Positions 1-8,286 of a stretch of 32,000 bases of DNA are shown here, piece after piece (position 1 is the first letter of the stretch; each line of letters starts with the position of its first letter). The notes beneath the pieces are model-generated. The model was not told the origin of the DNA. It did not search any database and was given only the letters and a program-made list of their open reading frames with translations. Origin of the DNA: Idiomarina loihiensis L2TR. GTDB lineage: Bacteria > Pseudomonadota > Gammaproteobacteria > Enterobacterales > Alteromonadaceae. The stretch is taken from positions 120,001 through 152,000 of the forward strand of contig NC_006512.1 in the NCBI RefSeq assembly GCF_000008465.1. The letters are read 5' to 3'. The position numbers and the translations under genes were made by a program.

Positions 1-1773
1 CTTGCCGGTTGTGTAGGCCACTGACGAAGCCAATTGAATATTGTCATTCAGCCAGTGAGTCACTGAGGCTTCAACGCCTTTTATCGTCACTTCGTCCTTA
101 TTAACATACTGGTACTCGACGCGATCCACACCCGGAATGTAGGTGGGACTGGTTCCGACGACCTGAGTATCGATAAAGTCGTCAAACTTGCTGTAAAAGG
201 CTGACAGATTCCAGCGAGTGTTGTTGTCCGCAAATTTCAGGCCGGTTTCCAGCGATCGGCTGCTCTCAGGATCTAAGTCGGGATTAGGCAATATGGCATA
301 AAAAGGTTCGATACCATGGTTCTGGTAAGCCTGATCATGAGGTGGAATTTTAAAGCCTTCGGCGTATTGAACGTATCCTCGAATATCATTTGAGAAAGTG
401 TATATAGCCGCCAGTTTAGGTGACAGAGCCGTTTCACGTACATCACTTAATAGCGACATATCGTAGAGTGCATTGTCTTGAGGCGTCATGCGGTAATGGT
501 CGATACGGACACCGGCAATGAATTTAATTGGGCTATCTTTCAGTTGAATGTTGTCCTGCAGGAAGAGCCCGGCTAACCATGTTTCTGCACCAGGAAAAGC
601 TTTTTGCGGTTCGTTGTCCTGCAGTAAGGTGCCGTCTGCTGCGGTGCGAGTTTTAAAGCGTGGTCGCTCAGTGTCGTAGTAGTCAACATCGAACCCAAAT
701 ACCAGGTCTTGTTCCACTTGGTTGCCGGACAACAAGGTTTCGCCCTGCCAGCGGGCACCAATAATACGTTGTTCAAAGCCGTAATCGTTATTGTCGATAT
801 AAGGACCGCCCTGGTCCGCACCTTGCACTATCTGGTCACTGTTTTGCTCGTAATGACTCAAATACAATTGCCAGTTTTGGGTATCGGTCAGCCAGTTGCT
901 GCTATTATTGAGATAGTCGATGGAAAAGGCGGTTTGTTTGTCTTCATCTTCGGTTTGCTCCGGCGGCTCCTGCAACTGCTCATTGTTTTGCTGGTAATGG
1001 TCCAGAGTAAACTTAAGTTCATTGTTATTCTCAAGCGCGATAGCCCACTTAGCCAGGACACCAACACTGTCGTAATCAAACTCCGGTAACGACTCCTCGT
1101 AGTTCTGGGTTTCGTTTCCTTTGCGGGCGGTGAGCTGAATGGATGCCTGTGATCCGGAAAACTGTTTTGCCGCCTGCACACCTAAACTGCGTTCGTCTGC
1201 AATGCTATCAAAACCCGCCTGCAGGGAGAGTGCGTTCGATTCACCTTGTAGCAAATCGTCAGGGTCAGGCGTAGTCAGAACAATAACCCCACCTAACCCG
1301 TCGGAGCCGTAAAGTGGCGATGCAGCGGCCTTAGCAACTTCCACCTGACTCAATTGTGAGACATCCAGGTAACCCCGGCCAACCAGATAGCCGCCACCGC
1401 CGGCATAGGCGTCGTTTAAGCGTCGGCCGTCTTTAATGTAGACCACCCGGTTACCGCCAATGCCACGTATTGACAGGGTTTGTGCCTGACCCTGACTGCC
1501 GGTTGAACTAATGCTGGGGTCATAACGAAAAATATCCGACAGACTGTTACTAACCTGAATATCAATTTCTTCGGCTGTCACCACGCTAACTGCACCGGCA
1601 ACATCTTCCAGTTTTTCTTTACTGCGGGAGCCGGTTACTACCAGTATTTCATCGGTTTCCAGCGTGGGTTTTGCCAAGTCAGCTGCGTAAACAGTGGCTT
1701 GTAAGGTAGCGAAAATGGCTGTCGCCAATAAGCTTTTTGCAAAGCCTCGAGTTGTCTTATGTCTTTTATTCAC
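1..1773 (-). CDS. TonB-dependent haem/haemoglobin-type outer-membrane receptor, N-terminal 591 codons (C-terminus lies beyond the left window edge)
   Basis: Absent from the ORF track because it runs off the window. Manual reverse-complement translation from GTG (1773-1771) gives 591 sense codons with no stop, ending in frame at position 1. It begins VNKRHKTTRGFAKSLLATAIFATLQATVYAADLAK (signal peptide). Next come a TonB-box-like ETDEILVVTGS and plug motifs SIRGIGGNRVVYIKDGRR and SPLYGSDGLGGVIVLTT. The barrel carries a FRAP-like GFKIPPHDQAY (about 343-354) and an NPNL-like PNPDLDPE (about 274-288), with His residues between them, as in haem receptors. The nearby ATG at 1780 hits a stop after 4 codons. 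Confidence 0.85.
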   Translation of the reverse strand, partial: MNKRHKTTRGFAKSLLATAIFATLQATVYAADLAKPTLETDEILVVTGSRSKEKLEDVAGAVSVVTAEEIDIQVSNSLSDIFRYDPSISSTGSQGQAQTLSIRGIGGNRVVYIKDGRRLNDAYAGGGGYLVGRGYLDVSQLSQVEVAKAAASPLYGSDGLGGVIVLTTPDPDDLLQGESNALSLQAGFDSIADERSLGVQAAKQFSGSQASIQLTARKGNETQNYEESLPEFDYDSVGVLAKWAIALENNNELKFTLDHYQQNNEQLQEPPEQTEDEDKQTAFSIDYLNNSSNWLTDTQNWQLYLSHYEQNSDQIVQGADQGGPYIDNNDYGFEQRIIGARWQGETLLSGNQVEQDLVFGFDVDYYDTERPRFKTRTAADGTLLQDNEPQKAFPGAETWLAGLFLQDNIQLKDSPIKFIAGVRIDHYRMTPQDNALYDMSLLSDVRETALSPKLAAIYTFSNDIRGYVQYAEGFKIPPHDQAYQNHGIEPFYAILPNPDLDPESSRSLETGLKFADNNTRWNLSAFYSKFDDFIDTQVVGTSPTYIPGVDRVEYQYVNKDEVTIKGVEASVTHWLNDNIQLASSVAYTTGK

Positions 1774-1829
1774 TTTTCATCTCCAATCCTGATTAACACG
1801 TCGTATGAAAAAATCAATAAGATCTAAAC

Positions 1830-1848
1830 GAAAATGATTTGCATTTGC
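1830..1848. promoter_or_regulatory. Candidate Fur box in the divergent haem-uptake promoter region
   Basis: GAAAATGATTTGCATTTGC matches 13 of 19 positions of the GATAATGATAATCATTATC Fur consensus (hand count). It lies in the ~135-bp gap between the divergent receptor (start 1773) and hmuT. It overlaps a possible -35/-10 pair, TTGCAT (1839-1844)-N17-TATTTT (1862-1867). Confidence 0.4.
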
Positions 1849-1912
1849 AAGTGAAAGTTACTATTTTTGATTTAGGACAAAAAAGAAAATCTAATTCAGG
1901 AGTTTGATTGTG

Positions 1913-2779
1913 ATGACAGGACGACAGTTTCTGGTTCATGCCGGAGCCGCTTTTCTATTGTTGTTTTCGTGGTTCGGCCAGGCTGAAGATACGCTGGATA
2001 CGGACGTTAACCAGTTAATAACCGCAGGCGGAACCTTAACCGATATCGTGTTTGCGCTGCATAAAGACGACAGCCTGATTGGCGTAGATACTTCCAGCAC
2101 TTCGCCTGCGGCTGTTAACCGGTTACCGAAAGTCGGTTACTACCGTAATTTATCCGCTGAGGGCGTTCTGAGTTTTGAGCCTGAACACCTGTGGGTGCTG
2201 GAAGGCGGCGGTAGCGATAAAGTTTTGCAGCAAATTGAGCGGGCCGGAGTTTCTGTGGTTGTATTTGATAAGCCGACGTCGCTTCAGGAGCTGTACGAGC
2301 TAATTGAAAACATGGCGGATCGCTTCGGTGCGCAAGCCGAAGGAAAGCAGGTGATTGCCGGTATCAAGTCGGATTTGACGACGACTAGCTCGCGTAAAGA
2401 GCCTTTGAAGGCTCTGTTCGTTCTGCAGGCGTCAGAGCGAGGCGTGGTGGCAGCCGGGACGGATACAGTACCGGATTTGCTTTTCAGTTACTCCGATATT
2501 AACAACGTGTTTTCTCACGTCGGATTCAAGACCGTTTCTACTGAATATTTACTGGCAGAACAGCCTGATTTTTTAGTTGCTCCTGAGCACGTGGTTAAAA
2601 GCCACGGCAGTAAAGAAGCGTTTTGTCAGGCGCAGGCACTTAAGCTACTGGAAGCCGGAAAAAACTGCCGGGTTTTGGTTATGGATTCGTTGCTGGCGCT
2701 GGGTATGACAACCCGCATTGCAGAGGCGCAACGAGTGGTTGCTGAGTTTGCCAATGAATTAGCGGCGGGCCGGGAGTAA
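1913..2779 (+). CDS. hmuT: Hemin ABC transporter periplasmic substrate-binding protein
   Basis: ORF 1904..2779. AGGAG at 1898-1902 favours a GTG 1910 or ATG 1913 start over TTG 1904. It has a signal peptide (FLVHAGAAFLLLFSWFGQA) and an N-terminus typical of class III (FecB/HmuT-like) binding proteins (ITAGGTLTDIVFAL). It sits directly upstream of the FecCD permease and ATPase. Confidence 0.8.
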   Translation: MTGRQFLVHAGAAFLLLFSWFGQAEDTLDTDVNQLITAGGTLTDIVFALHKDDSLIGVDTSSTSPAAVNRLPKVGYYRNLSAEGVLSFEPEHLWVLEGGGSDKVLQQIERAGVSVVVFDKPTSLQELYELIENMADRFGAQAEGKQVIAGIKSDLTTTSSRKEPLKALFVLQASERGVVAAGTDTVPDLLFSYSDINNVFSHVGFKTVSTEYLLAEQPDFLVAPEHVVKSHGSKEAFCQAQALKLLEAGKNCRVLVMDSLLALGMTTRIAEAQRVVAEFANELAAGRE

Positions 2780-2783
2780 GACT

Positions 2784-3800
2784 ATGCCGCTTGAACGTCG
2801 CTATTGGTTACTCGTCGGTGTTATGGGTATTGCTGTCAGCAGCGTTCTGTTGCTTTCCAGCGGACCGGTGATGTCGGACTGGCGGTTGCCCTTTATCTGG
2901 TTACCGGGAGTCTTGTCTGAAGCTACTGATATCCAAAAGACGGTATTAATCGATATTCGGTTACCCCGGTTGGTTTTAGGACTAATGGTGGGCGCGGTGT
3001 TGGCGCAGAGTGGTACTGCAATGCAAACCTTGTGTCGTAATCCGCTGGCTGATCCCGGGCTCATTGGTATTTCGGGGGGAGCGGCTGTATTCGCACTGGC
3101 AGTTATTGCCTTAGGTCCCGAGTTCGGGTTACAGGGACAGCTTTGGGTTTCCGGCGCGGCTTTTACCGGCGCTCTGCTGACCACCTTTGTGGTTTACCAT
3201 TTGGCTGGTGGGCGTTCCGGAGTTCATGTTGCCACCTTACTGCTGGCAGGTGTTGCCATCAATGCGCTGGCCGGTTCCATTCTCGGGTTGCTCAGCTACT
3301 ACGCTAACGATGACGCCCTGAGGCTTATGAGTTTCTGGCAGATGGGCTCTCTGGCCGGAGCCGACTGGCAACAGTTACCACTTGGCTTTTTGTTTATGGG
3401 CGTTAGCTGCGTTGCACTCTTTATTCACCGCCGGGCAATTAACACTCTGCTTTTAGGTGAACGACAAGCGCGTTACCTGGGCGTTAATGTCGGCACTCTG
3501 AAGCGTCGGATAATTTTTTTCGTTGCACTTGGTGTAGGCGGAGCTGTTGCCTTAACCGGCATGATTGGCTTTATCGGACTGATTATTCCCCACATTGCAC
3601 GAATGCTGGTTGGCGCTAATGTGCGCTGGTTAATGCCGGTATCCATGTTGTTTGGCGCAGCCATTTTAGTGCTTACTGACTGGTTGGCAAAAACTCTGGT
3701 TGCTCCGGCGGAATTACCTATTGGCATTATTACAGCGGCTATCGGCGCGCCATTTTTTATTTATTTGCTTATGAAGCAACGACGGAGGTTTTATGCTTGA
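2784..3800 (+). CDS. hmuU: Hemin ABC transporter permease (FecCD family)
   Basis: 338 aa and polytopic. FecCD-type signatures are present: IRLPRLVLGLMVGAVLAQSGTAMQ, NPLADPGLIGISGGAA and ELPIGIITAAIGAPFFIYLL. The stop overlaps the hmuV start by 8 nt. Confidence 0.9.
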   Translation: MPLERRYWLLVGVMGIAVSSVLLLSSGPVMSDWRLPFIWLPGVLSEATDIQKTVLIDIRLPRLVLGLMVGAVLAQSGTAMQTLCRNPLADPGLIGISGGAAVFALAVIALGPEFGLQGQLWVSGAAFTGALLTTFVVYHLAGGRSGVHVATLLLAGVAINALAGSILGLLSYYANDDALRLMSFWQMGSLAGADWQQLPLGFLFMGVSCVALFIHRRAINTLLLGERQARYLGVNVGTLKRRIIFFVALGVGGAVALTGMIGFIGLIIPHIARMLVGANVRWLMPVSMLFGAAILVLTDWLAKTLVAPAELPIGIITAAIGAPFFIYLLMKQRRRFYA

Positions 3801-4569
3801 TATCGATGTGTCGAATCTATCTATTGGTCGGCAGCAAGTGTTAACGTCACTGAACCTAAGTTTAGAAGCCCACCAATTTGTTGCCATTGTCGGCGAAAAC
3901 GGTGCGGGTAAGTCCACCTTTTTAAATATGTTAGCAGGGGAGCTTCCTTATAACGGTTCTATTTACTTAAATGGAAGAGAACTGAACTCGTGGGATGCTT
4001 TGAAACTGGCGCCGATAAGGGCGGTTATGGAGCAGCACCAGGCCGCGCCTGAAGGGTTATCGGTTAAGGAACTGGTGGCCATGGGACGATACTGGTCACA
4101 GGAGTCTGATGCCGATGCGGAGCAACGCGCAACCCAATGGTTAAGCCGCTTTGATTTAACTCCAATGGGGGAGCGTGGCATTGAAACCTTGTCTGGTGGT
4201 GAACAACAGCGGGCACATTTAGCCCGGTGTTTATGTCAGTTAGATAAAGATTTGCCTGGCGAACAATTGTTGCTATTGGATGAGCCGACCTCCGCACTGG
4301 ATGTGTATCATCAACATGCGGTGTTGCATGAAATTAAGTCGTTCAGCCAAAAAGGCAACCTGGTTCTGTCGGTTATGCACGATTTAAACCTGGCCTCGTT
4401 GTATGCCGACCAGGTCATAGTTTTAGGCAATAACTGTATTCAGCATGTTGACAGTCCCGAGAGTGTTTTTCGGGAAGATATTCTGGAAAGAACCTATCGT
4501 ACACCGGTGCACGTCAGCTCGCATCCAAGCTTTTTAAAGCCAATGATTTTCACCGAGCCAAGACATTAG
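3793..4569 (+). CDS. hmuV: Hemin import ATP-binding protein
   Basis: Walker A GENGAGKST, ABC signature LSGGEQQRAHLARCL and Walker B LLLLDEPTSALD. Third gene of the T-U-V unit. Confidence 0.9.
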   Translation: MLDIDVSNLSIGRQQVLTSLNLSLEAHQFVAIVGENGAGKSTFLNMLAGELPYNGSIYLNGRELNSWDALKLAPIRAVMEQHQAAPEGLSVKELVAMGRYWSQESDADAEQRATQWLSRFDLTPMGERGIETLSGGEQQRAHLARCLCQLDKDLPGEQLLLLDEPTSALDVYHQHAVLHEIKSFSQKGNLVLSVMHDLNLASLYADQVIVLGNNCIQHVDSPESVFREDILERTYRTPVHVSSHPSFLKPMIFTEPRH

Positions 4570-4582
4570 GGAGTATTTTATA

Positions 4583-5317
4583 ATGAATGAACGAATAAAA
4601 GCGGCGCGGGAAGCGCGAGTACTAGCACAAAATAGCGATACTGCAGTGCTGTCCACTATCTCGAAGAAGTTAATGGGATATCCGTTCGGCTCGGTATCAC
4701 CGTTTATGCTTTCTGCAGAAGGTCAGGTCATATTTTATGTGTCTGATATTGCCCAGCATGCCCGTAATTTATCAGTAGATAACCGTTTAAGTATTACCGT
4801 GTTCGATGCGGCTGAAAGCGGTGACCAGAATACTCACGGGCGACTGACGTTAACAGGAAATGCCCGGTTTTTAGTGGATGAGTCTTTAGGGGAATTGTAC
4901 TTCCAGCGTTTCCCCGACGCTTTAAGTTATCGCAATGCTCATGACTTTAAATTCTGGCAAATGGACGTTGAGCACATTCGTTATATTGGTGGCTTCGGCA
5001 AAATTTTCTGGATAAACCCTGCTGAATGGCTGCTACCTGAACCCCAATGGAATTCAACAGACGCATTGCAGATGATCCAGCATATGAATGATGACCATGC
5101 TGACGCTTGTGGCCTTATTTTGCGCCACCAGAAAGTGGAGTTCAGGAACTATGCAGGTAGCGTCAAAATGAGCAGTATTTATCCGGACGGGTTCCATCTA
5201 ATTGCCGATGAACGCAGTGTTTTCATTCCTTTTGAAACGGACTGTGTGACCTCTGGTGAGGTCAGAAAGCAATTAGTGAAAATGACCAATGCGGCCCGAA
5301 ATGTTATTGCAGCCTGA
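4583..5317 (+). CDS. HugZ-family haem utilisation / haem-degrading protein (PNPOx-like split barrel plus DUF2470-like C-terminal region)
   Basis: 244 aa. The N-terminal half resembles a pyridoxamine-5'-phosphate-oxidase-like fold (AVLSTISKKLMGYPFGSVSPF...RLTLTGNARF). The C-terminal MIQHMNDDHADA segment is typical of DUF2470. It lies 14 nt downstream of hmuV. Confidence 0.65.
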   Translation: MNERIKAAREARVLAQNSDTAVLSTISKKLMGYPFGSVSPFMLSAEGQVIFYVSDIAQHARNLSVDNRLSITVFDAAESGDQNTHGRLTLTGNARFLVDESLGELYFQRFPDALSYRNAHDFKFWQMDVEHIRYIGGFGKIFWINPAEWLLPEPQWNSTDALQMIQHMNDDHADACGLILRHQKVEFRNYAGSVKMSSIYPDGFHLIADERSVFIPFETDCVTSGEVRKQLVKMTNAARNVIAA

Positions 5318-5460
5318 CTTTTGAATTAATACCTTAATACAATAAGCTTAATAAAACTGTAAGTTAAACGAAATCCTATTGAAACACTACCACATCTATC
5401 ATACGTGCTTTCGTTTGGTAGCAACCCTGGCAGTCACTCACTATTAATAGGATTTTGTTA

Positions 5461-8283
5461 ATGAAAGCACGAAAATATCGTAATAAAAACTCAGTCAGTA
5501 AAAAAACAAAACTGAGTCAGGCAGTACAACAGGTTTTACTGGGTATGGCATTAAGTTCATCGGCCTATGCGCTTCAGGCTCAGGAGTTGAACGAAAATGA
5601 TAGTGCTGAAAAAGACGATATTGAAGTGATTGCAGTTAGCGGGAGCTACGTTAAAAGTCTGGAAAAAGCGGTTGATATCAAACGCTCCAACATCAGCTTT
5701 TCTGATTCGATAGTCGCGACAGATATTGCTGACTTCCCTGAACAAAACCTGGCAGAAGCTTTACAGCGCATGCCAGGGGTGACGATTGAGCGTAACAAAG
5801 GGCTGGGTTCAAGAGTCAACGTTCGCAGTTTGCCGACAGAGTTTACCCATGTATCCATTAACGGCCTGGCTACGGCCTCGGGTAGTGGCGGGCGTGATGT
5901 TGAATTCGATATTTTCGCATCCGAAATTATCCAGTCAGTAACCGTGAAAAAGTCGCCAACGGCGGCTGATGAAGAAGGCGGTATTGCAGGCTCTGTGCTT
6001 ATCTCCACTGCCAGACCGTTTGATTACGATGAAACACAGCTTGTGGCTTCGGTAGAAGCGGCTCACAACTCTATTTCAGAAGAGGTTGACCCGAAGTTCT
6101 CTTTCCTTGCCAGTGACACCTTCGGCGACTGGGGCGCGTTGGTATCGTTTTCACGTAGCGAACGCACCAACCGAACCGATTCTAACTCCGGCATCGATTT
6201 CCGACCACTGTCACGCTGGACTGAAAAGTCCGGTGATTCACAGTGGCAATCCGACCAAACCATTGCCGTGCTGGAACGAGACACTGGCGTTGTTATTGAT
6301 GATCCGTTAGATAGTGACGAAACCGGCCGTGCGGTTTTTATGAACAAGGTCGGTGACCGTGCTTATTTAAACGAGCAGGAAAAGTGGGGTGCCACAGCGT
6401 CTATCCAATACAAGCCCAGTAATGACTTCAGCCTAACGCTTGATGCCATGTTAGGCGGTTATGACAATACCGAGGACGAATACGATGCAGCCGCTTATTC
6501 AGCCTCAAGCGTCAGTGCGTTAGAACGCATTCACGAATACGATGACACGACCTTCTCTGAGTACGGCATGGTGGTGCTTTCAGATGTGTCTTATGCTGCA
6601 ACGCAGCACGAGTTTTTAAGCAAAGAAAACGTACACGAAACGGACTTTAGTCAGTTAAGTTTGTCGCTAGACTGGCAGCTTGGCGAATGGACGGTTACCG
6701 GGTTGATGGGGTATTCTGGGGCTGAGAAAACGTCGGACCGCACTAACCTAAAACATACGGCTTATGCGCCATCCAGAACGCGTTACACCAGCACTGGCGG
6801 TGAAACTATTCCGAGCGATAATCCTGACACTATCGATATGTATAATTCGCCCGGTTCGTACTTGTTTGATTTCTACGATGTTGACCTTGAAGAGATTACC
6901 GACGATAAATACGCCGCACAATTTGACTTCAGCCGCGGTATTTTCTGGGATGCCTTTCCTGCATTAGCTAAGGTCCAGTTCGGCGCGCGTTACACAGACA
7001 AGTCTAAAGAGCGGAACCTGGGCAATGTTCAGGTAAAAGGACCAACTGCGGGAGACAGCTCCTGGAGTGGTGAGCGAACGTTAGAGGACAGCGAGTTGAC
7101 GCTGATTTCAGACTTAGTACCAGGCGGCGCTTACTTGCCGGAAGTTGAAGGGAAAGGTGGCTGGAGTCAGGTCTCTAATGGCTATGCGCGTAATGAATTT
7201 CGTTACGACGGCTTTAATGTGCCGTTCCAGGACAACCAGTTTTACCGCGTGGACGAGGAAGTGCTGAGCATTTACGCAATGGCAGATTTTGAATTTAATA
7301 TCGGCCAGTTCCCAGTGTCTCTGAACACAGGCGTGCGCGCTGTTGATACCTCTGTTTTGTCTTTTGGTTACCATCAGGTTCAGATGCCTGACGGCAGCAC
7401 GGGTTACACAGATGAGCCCGTGTCTAAAAAAGGGAGCTATACAGAGGTTTTACCCAGCCTGAATATGGTGGTTGAACTAAGTGACAGCGTTTTGCTGCGA
7501 GCTGCTGCTTCCGAAACCTTTATTCGTCCTGCATTAGGCGACATTGCCTATAAACGGACAGTCAGTGTCAACGAGTTCAAATACTTCGATGGTAACCCTG
7601 ATTTGAAACCGACTTACGCCGACCAATGGGAGCTTGGTGTTGAGTGGTACTTAGATAACGGTGGTATTCTGGCTGCTTCCTATTTTGACAAAACCGTTGA
7701 AGGCGTCGTCCGTGAGTCTTTAACCGGGGTTGTAAAAGACGTGACCAAATACAATGATAACGGCACTCTGGATGGCGTTTATGACTTTGACGTGTATCAG
7801 AAGGTGAACGATGAAGGTTCTTACGATGTATCGGGAATTGAATTAATTGCTCAGTTCCCGCTTAAAGCGCTGCATTCGTCGTTAGAAGGTTTTGGCATTA
7901 ACTCTAACTACACCAAGCTGGACAATTCGTTAACGGGGTCGTCTGATTTGGGTATTCCAACACCACCGCCGGGGTTGGCTGAAACCACCTATAACTTTAC
8001 CGCTTATTATGAGAACAATAGCTTTGATGCACGGGTTTCATACAATTACAAAGACGACTACGTGGAGCGTATCGAACGTAGTATGTACCCAGTGTACCGC
8101 GACGCCTACGGTCAGGTTGATGTCTCTTTAGGTTACAAAATTAACGACTCAATTAAAGTGGTGGTTGAAGGAATTAACGTAACCGACGAAGCGACTAAAG
8201 GCTATACGATGGACCCTAAATTCCCGACCATGTATGAGTTTTCGGGACGTCGGATAAGCCTGGGCATTCGCGGCAGTATCTAA
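5461..8283 (+). CDS. TonB-dependent outer-membrane receptor, substrate unknown
   Basis: ORF 5455..8283 (TTG 5455 or ATG 5461). Signal peptide ends at AYALQA; TonB-box-like DDIEVIAVSGSY. Plug motifs: ATDIADFPEQNLAEALQRMPGVTIERNKG, VNVRSLP and IAGSVLIST. A long barrel follows (NPDLKPTYADQWELGVEWY). Confidence 0.85.
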   Translation: MKARKYRNKNSVSKKTKLSQAVQQVLLGMALSSSAYALQAQELNENDSAEKDDIEVIAVSGSYVKSLEKAVDIKRSNISFSDSIVATDIADFPEQNLAEALQRMPGVTIERNKGLGSRVNVRSLPTEFTHVSINGLATASGSGGRDVEFDIFASEIIQSVTVKKSPTAADEEGGIAGSVLISTARPFDYDETQLVASVEAAHNSISEEVDPKFSFLASDTFGDWGALVSFSRSERTNRTDSNSGIDFRPLSRWTEKSGDSQWQSDQTIAVLERDTGVVIDDPLDSDETGRAVFMNKVGDRAYLNEQEKWGATASIQYKPSNDFSLTLDAMLGGYDNTEDEYDAAAYSASSVSALERIHEYDDTTFSEYGMVVLSDVSYAATQHEFLSKENVHETDFSQLSLSLDWQLGEWTVTGLMGYSGAEKTSDRTNLKHTAYAPSRTRYTSTGGETIPSDNPDTIDMYNSPGSYLFDFYDVDLEEITDDKYAAQFDFSRGIFWDAFPALAKVQFGARYTDKSKERNLGNVQVKGPTAGDSSWSGERTLEDSELTLISDLVPGGAYLPEVEGKGGWSQVSNGYARNEFRYDGFNVPFQDNQFYRVDEEVLSIYAMADFEFNIGQFPVSLNTGVRAVDTSVLSFGYHQVQMPDGSTGYTDEPVSKKGSYTEVLPSLNMVVELSDSVLLRAAASETFIRPALGDIAYKRTVSVNEFKYFDGNPDLKPTYADQWELGVEWYLDNGGILAASYFDKTVEGVVRESLTGVVKDVTKYNDNGTLDGVYDFDVYQKVNDEGSYDVSGIELIAQFPLKALHSSLEGFGINSNYTKLDNSLTGSSDLGIPTPPPGLAETTYNFTAYYENNSFDARVSYNYKDDYVERIERSMYPVYRDAYGQVDVSLGYKINDSIKVVVEGINVTDEATKGYTMDPKFPTMYEFSGRRISLGIRGSI

Positions 8284-8286
8284 GCT

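Noticed and set aside
573-1181. ORF-track entries 573..821(-), 709..1089(+) and 888..1181(-)
   Set aside because: All three are out of frame with, or antisense to, the uninterrupted 591-codon TonB-dependent receptor frame covering 1-1773. Their translations are low-complexity with no recognisable motifs.
2801-4297. Antisense ORFs inside hmuU/hmuV (2801..3184, 3473..3727, 3714..3917, 3963..4181, 4064..4297)
   Set aside because: These are shadow frames opposite strongly supported ABC transporter genes. Their Pro/Ser/Ala/Arg-rich translations are typical of antisense reading.
5318-5460. Pho box or Fur box upstream of the 942-aa TonB-dependent receptor
   Set aside because: Only weak partial matches were found (CTGTAAG... 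without a second CTGTCA half-site, plus AT-rich hexamers). They are not good enough to call by eye.
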